IMG/VR virus record: IMGVR_UViG_3300031867_000039
Length of the DNA stretch: 20,000 bases
Source: an uncultured virus (IMG/VR IMGVR_UViG_3300031867_000039)
Taxonomy: Duplodnaviria > Heunggongvirae > Uroviricota > Caudoviricetes > Schitoviridae
Direction: 5' to 3' (one strand)
In this document: piece by piece, positions 18,013 to 20,000 of the stretch
How the letters are laid out: each line of letters starts with the position of its first letter
Numbering within the stretch: the stretch's first letter is position 1
Translations under genes and position numbers: made by a program
The notes under the pieces: generated by a model
Databases searched by the model: none
The model's input: only the letters and a program-made list of their open reading frames with translations
Told to the model about the DNA's origin: nothing

Positions 18013-18186
18013 TTACAGATTTATTATGGCATACCACAATGCCTTACGGCATTGGGTTTTACTGCAATAATATCTAGGCAGATCATACCAACCGAAATCG
18101 GTGTACACTGAAGCAGTGTAACCGTAGTTGGTTTCAATAATTCTTACCTTGCGAGTTAAATAAATTTTATCTGTAATCTTTACCAT
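18013..18186 (-). CDS. 57-aa early hypothetical protein (below the ORF-track cutoff)
   Basis: MVKITDKIYLTRKVRIIETNYGYTASVYTDFGWYDLPRYYCSKTQCRKALWYAIINL*; SD AAGGAG. Confidence 0.7.
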   Translation of the reverse strand: MVKITDKIYLTRKVRIIETNYGYTASVYTDFGWYDLPRYYCSKTQCRKALWYAIINL

Positions 18187-18203
18187 AATATTTTCTCCTT
18201 GGA

Positions 18204-18317
18204 TTAATTGTGAAACATCATTAGAAATATGGTTAACATAAATAAAATGTAACCAACACCGATGAAGATGATTACTGCATCTTCAATGATATTTAAGATT
18301 TTGAATAACTTATTCAT
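18204..18317 (-). CDS. 37-aa single-TM membrane peptide (below the ORF-track cutoff)
   Basis: MNKLFKILNIIEDAVIIFIGVGYILFMLTIFLMMFHN*; SD GGAG; motif upstream. Confidence 0.7.
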   Translation of the reverse strand: MNKLFKILNIIEDAVIIFIGVGYILFMLTIFLMMFHN

Positions 18318-18337
18318 ACTATCTCTCCATTTAAAAC

Positions 18338-18366
18338 AAAAAACCACTATCTATAGATAGTGAAAA
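18338..18366 (-). promoter_or_regulatory. Conserved early-gene motif, copy 5 (contains a perfect 18-bp palindrome)
   Basis: AAAAAACCACTATCTATAGATAGTGAAAA, with CACTATCTATAGATAGTG at 18345-18362. Confidence 0.75.
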
Positions 18367-18373
18367 AGAAAAT

Positions 18374-18401
18374 AAAAAAGAGCACCATATTTCAGGTGCT
18401 C
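18374..18401 (-). terminator. Intrinsic terminator
   Basis: GAGCACC-loop-GGTGCTC stem plus T6. Confidence 0.8.
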
Positions 18402-18409
18402 AAACAAAG

Positions 18410-18589
18410 TTAATCCTCGAGATAGCTTTGTAGAGATTCAAGGACATATTCAAATGCGGATACTGTATTGTATCCGTATTCATCCTGATATAACCATTCT
18501 CCGGTTGGTAAAAGATAAACTAGAAATGGTTTATCTTTCTTAGGATTCTGGTAATTGAATAATGTTGCTAATCTTAAATCTGTATCCAT
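18410..18589 (-). CDS. 59-aa early hypothetical protein (below the ORF-track cutoff)
   Basis: MDTDLRLATLFNYQNPKKDKPFLVYLLPTGEWLYQDEYGYNTVSAFEYVLESLQSYLED*; SD AGGAG. Confidence 0.75.
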   Translation of the reverse strand: MDTDLRLATLFNYQNPKKDKPFLVYLLPTGEWLYQDEYGYNTVSAFEYVLESLQSYLED

Positions 18590-18616
18590 AATGTGTACTC
18601 CTAGATTAAGTTAAAT

Positions 18617-18645
18617 AAAAACCACTCTCTATAAATAGAGAGAAT
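18617..18645 (-). promoter_or_regulatory. Conserved early-gene motif, copy 4
   Basis: AAAAACCACTCTCTATAAATAGAGAGAAT, with dyad CTCTCTA-TAAA-TAGAGAG. Confidence 0.75.
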
Positions 18646-18651
18646 AAGAAG

Positions 18652-18681
18652 AAAAAAGAGCCACTGATATTTCAGTGACTC
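18652..18681 (-). terminator. Intrinsic terminator
   Basis: GAGCCACTGA-loop-TCAGTGACTC stem plus T6. Confidence 0.8.
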
Positions 18682-18689
18682 AGAACAAG

Positions 18690-18935
18690 TTATTTACGAT
18701 AATGTACGTTATAGTGTGAATTGCAATAACATAGAGAGATTTTCATTTTGTATTTCCTCTCCAACATTTTCTTGATAATAACAATATCATCTGGCTCCAT
18801 GTCTTCTTCCTCAGCCCATGACTCGTGGATATCAAAGCTTTCCACTTTCATCCCAGACGGTGTTGGGATAAAAACAGAATAAGCGGTAATTCCACGATCC
18901 ATATCGTAATATGCACAACTGATGTAAGCTTTCAT
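18690..18935 (-). CDS. Small early hypothetical protein
   Basis: 81 aa; SD AAGGAG. Confidence 0.75.
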   Translation of the reverse strand: MKAYISCAYYDMDRGITAYSVFIPTPSGMKVESFDIHESWAEEEDMEPDDIVIIKKMLERKYKMKISLCYCNSHYNVHYRK

Positions 18936-18960
18936 AGTAAAACTCCTTAGATTAAAATGT

Positions 18961-18989
18961 AAAAACCACTGTTTATAAATAAAGAAAAC
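18961..18989 (-). promoter_or_regulatory. Conserved early-gene motif, copy 3
   Basis: AAAAACCACTGTTTATAAATAAAGAAAAC. Confidence 0.7.
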
Positions 18990-19318
18990 ATGTGTGTTTA
19001 AGTTGAGTTATTATACAGGTATGATACAGGTATTAAGGATTAGATTTGTGTTTTTTGTGATATGAAATTTGTGTTTGTTTTTATTTAAAACCCATGTTTA
19101 AGATACAGGTATGATATGGTGTTTAAAATTAGTTGAATTGTGTTTAAAATTTTCTTGTGTTTAATCATGTGTTTAATATAAATCTTAATATAGATTTATG
19201 TTTTAATTTAAATTAAAACTAAAATTAAAATTAATTGTGTTATTAATTTCTATTTATTTATGTGTTTAATTACGTGTTTGTGTTTGTGTGTTATTGTGTT
19301 TTGTGTTTGTGTTTTAGG
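18990..19318. repeat. Non-coding, G/T-skewed region with short repeats
   Basis: ATACAGGTAT at 19013, 19024 and 19103; many TGTGTTT(AA) units; almost no C on the + strand. Confidence 0.65.
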
Positions 19319-19348
19319 AAAAAAAGACAACCATTTCTGATTGTCTTT
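19319..19348 (-). terminator. Intrinsic terminator
   Basis: AAAGACAA-loop-TTGTCTTT stem plus T-run. Confidence 0.65.
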
Positions 19349-19372
19349 GATAGAGCCAAAATGAATTATCTT

Positions 19373-19486
19373 TTAGTTATTTCCGTCATTCTTCAGACAG
19401 TTGCTGATAAACTCACTGATTGCCTCAATGAGTTTTCCACATTCTTTTCTGAAAAGCAGAATTAAAATTATTAACAAAATAATCAT
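19373..19486 (-). CDS. 37-aa membrane peptide (paralog of 14843..14953)
   Basis: MIILLIILILLFRKECGKLIEAISEFISNCLKNDGNN*; SD GGAG; motif upstream and terminator downstream. Confidence 0.7.
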   Translation of the reverse strand: MIILLIILILLFRKECGKLIEAISEFISNCLKNDGNN

Positions 19487-19510
19487 AATGTATTTCTCCA
19501 TTTGTTAAAC

Positions 19511-19540
19511 AAAAAACCACACTCTATAAATAAAGAAAAC
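19511..19540 (-). promoter_or_regulatory. Conserved early-gene motif, copy 2
   Basis: AAAAAACCACACTCTATAAATAAAGAAAAC. Confidence 0.75.
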
Positions 19541-19561
19541 ATTAAATAAAGAGAATAAGAG

Positions 19562-19587
19562 AAAAAAAGGAGAGTATAAAACTCTCC
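19562..19587 (-). terminator. Intrinsic terminator
   Basis: GGAGAGT-loop-ACTCTCC stem plus T7. Confidence 0.8.
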
Positions 19588-19595
19588 AAACAAAA

Positions 19596-19778
19596 TTAGC
19601 GAACAAATACACGCATATGTCTTTTAACAAGACTTAGAACTTCATCGAAATTTGTAGTCGTTGTAAACTCATTACAATTTTCAATGAGATACGTAATTGT
19701 ATCATCCACTGCTATTAAACGATAAACGGTTAAGTTAACCATTTGTACCAGCACTGTATAATTCAATGTATTCATCAT
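19596..19778 (-). CDS. 60-aa early hypothetical protein
   Basis: Start reassigned to ATG at 19778 (SD AGGAG at 19787-19791), downstream of motif copy 1. Confidence 0.7.
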   Translation of the reverse strand: MMNTLNYTVLVQMVNLTVYRLIAVDDTITYLIENCNEFTTTTNFDEVLSLVKRHMRVFVR

Positions 19779-19801
19779 AATCATGTCTCCTAAGTAAAAG
19801 T

Positions 19802-19829
19802 AAAACCACCGTCTATAAATAGAGAGAAC
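19802..19829 (-). promoter_or_regulatory. Conserved early-gene motif, copy 1
   Basis: AAAACCACCGTCTATAAATAGAGAGAAC. Confidence 0.75.
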
Positions 19830-20000
19830 ATGGAGCGAAGCGACATACTGAAAACAGATGCACACCCCTATAGGGGGGGGGGATATGCTGAAGCATGGAA
19901 GTAGACGGGATAAATAATACCTCTCTCTCAAATTATAATTTTTCCCTACGAGTTTTTGAATTTTAGACTCATATCTAAATATACCTATACAATACCTATA

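Noticed and set aside
5052..19465. Plus-strand ORFs in the track and nested minus ORFs 15395..15694 and 16232..16453
   Set aside because: They are shadow or alternate frames of well-supported genes, or cross terminators and low-complexity DNA, and they lack SD support.
15791..19829. CRISPR array or integron attC array
   Set aside because: The repeats are degenerate and separated by hundreds of bp of genes. There is no attC RYYYAAC/GTTRRRY architecture and no cas or integrase gene in the window.
19779..19931. N-terminal extension of ORF 19596..19931 (and similarly 15729..15767)
   Set aside because: The first extension runs through the promoter-like motif and G-run. In both cases a downstream ATG has a well-spaced SD.

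Overview
The window is an AT-rich segment of an N4-like (Schitoviridae-type) phage genome, with all credible genes on the minus strand. In transcription order (right to left) there are two parts. The first is an early region (~14.8-20 kb) of small genes arranged as repeated units of [conserved ~28-bp motif - SD - short ORF - intrinsic terminator]. It includes a NADAR fusion, a probable gp2/Drc-like ssDNA-binding protein and two paralogous membrane peptides. The second is the middle/replication region: two-subunit RNA polymerase II (gp15/gp16-like), a MoxR-type AAA ATPase with a VWA/metallopeptidase partner, an SF1 helicase, a family A DNA polymerase, a holin-like protein, a PD-(D/E)xK nuclease, a gp43-like primase and a truncated gp44-like ATPase. 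Two observations stand out. (1) The DNA polymerase is split between motifs A and B by four end-to-end overlapping small ORFs, with no space or signature for an intron, intein or homing endonuclease; a repeated extra module lies at and near the break. (2) The early region is a cassette-like array built on nine or ten copies of a non-canonical promoter-like motif. All family assignments come from recognising motifs by eye and from synteny, not from database searches.
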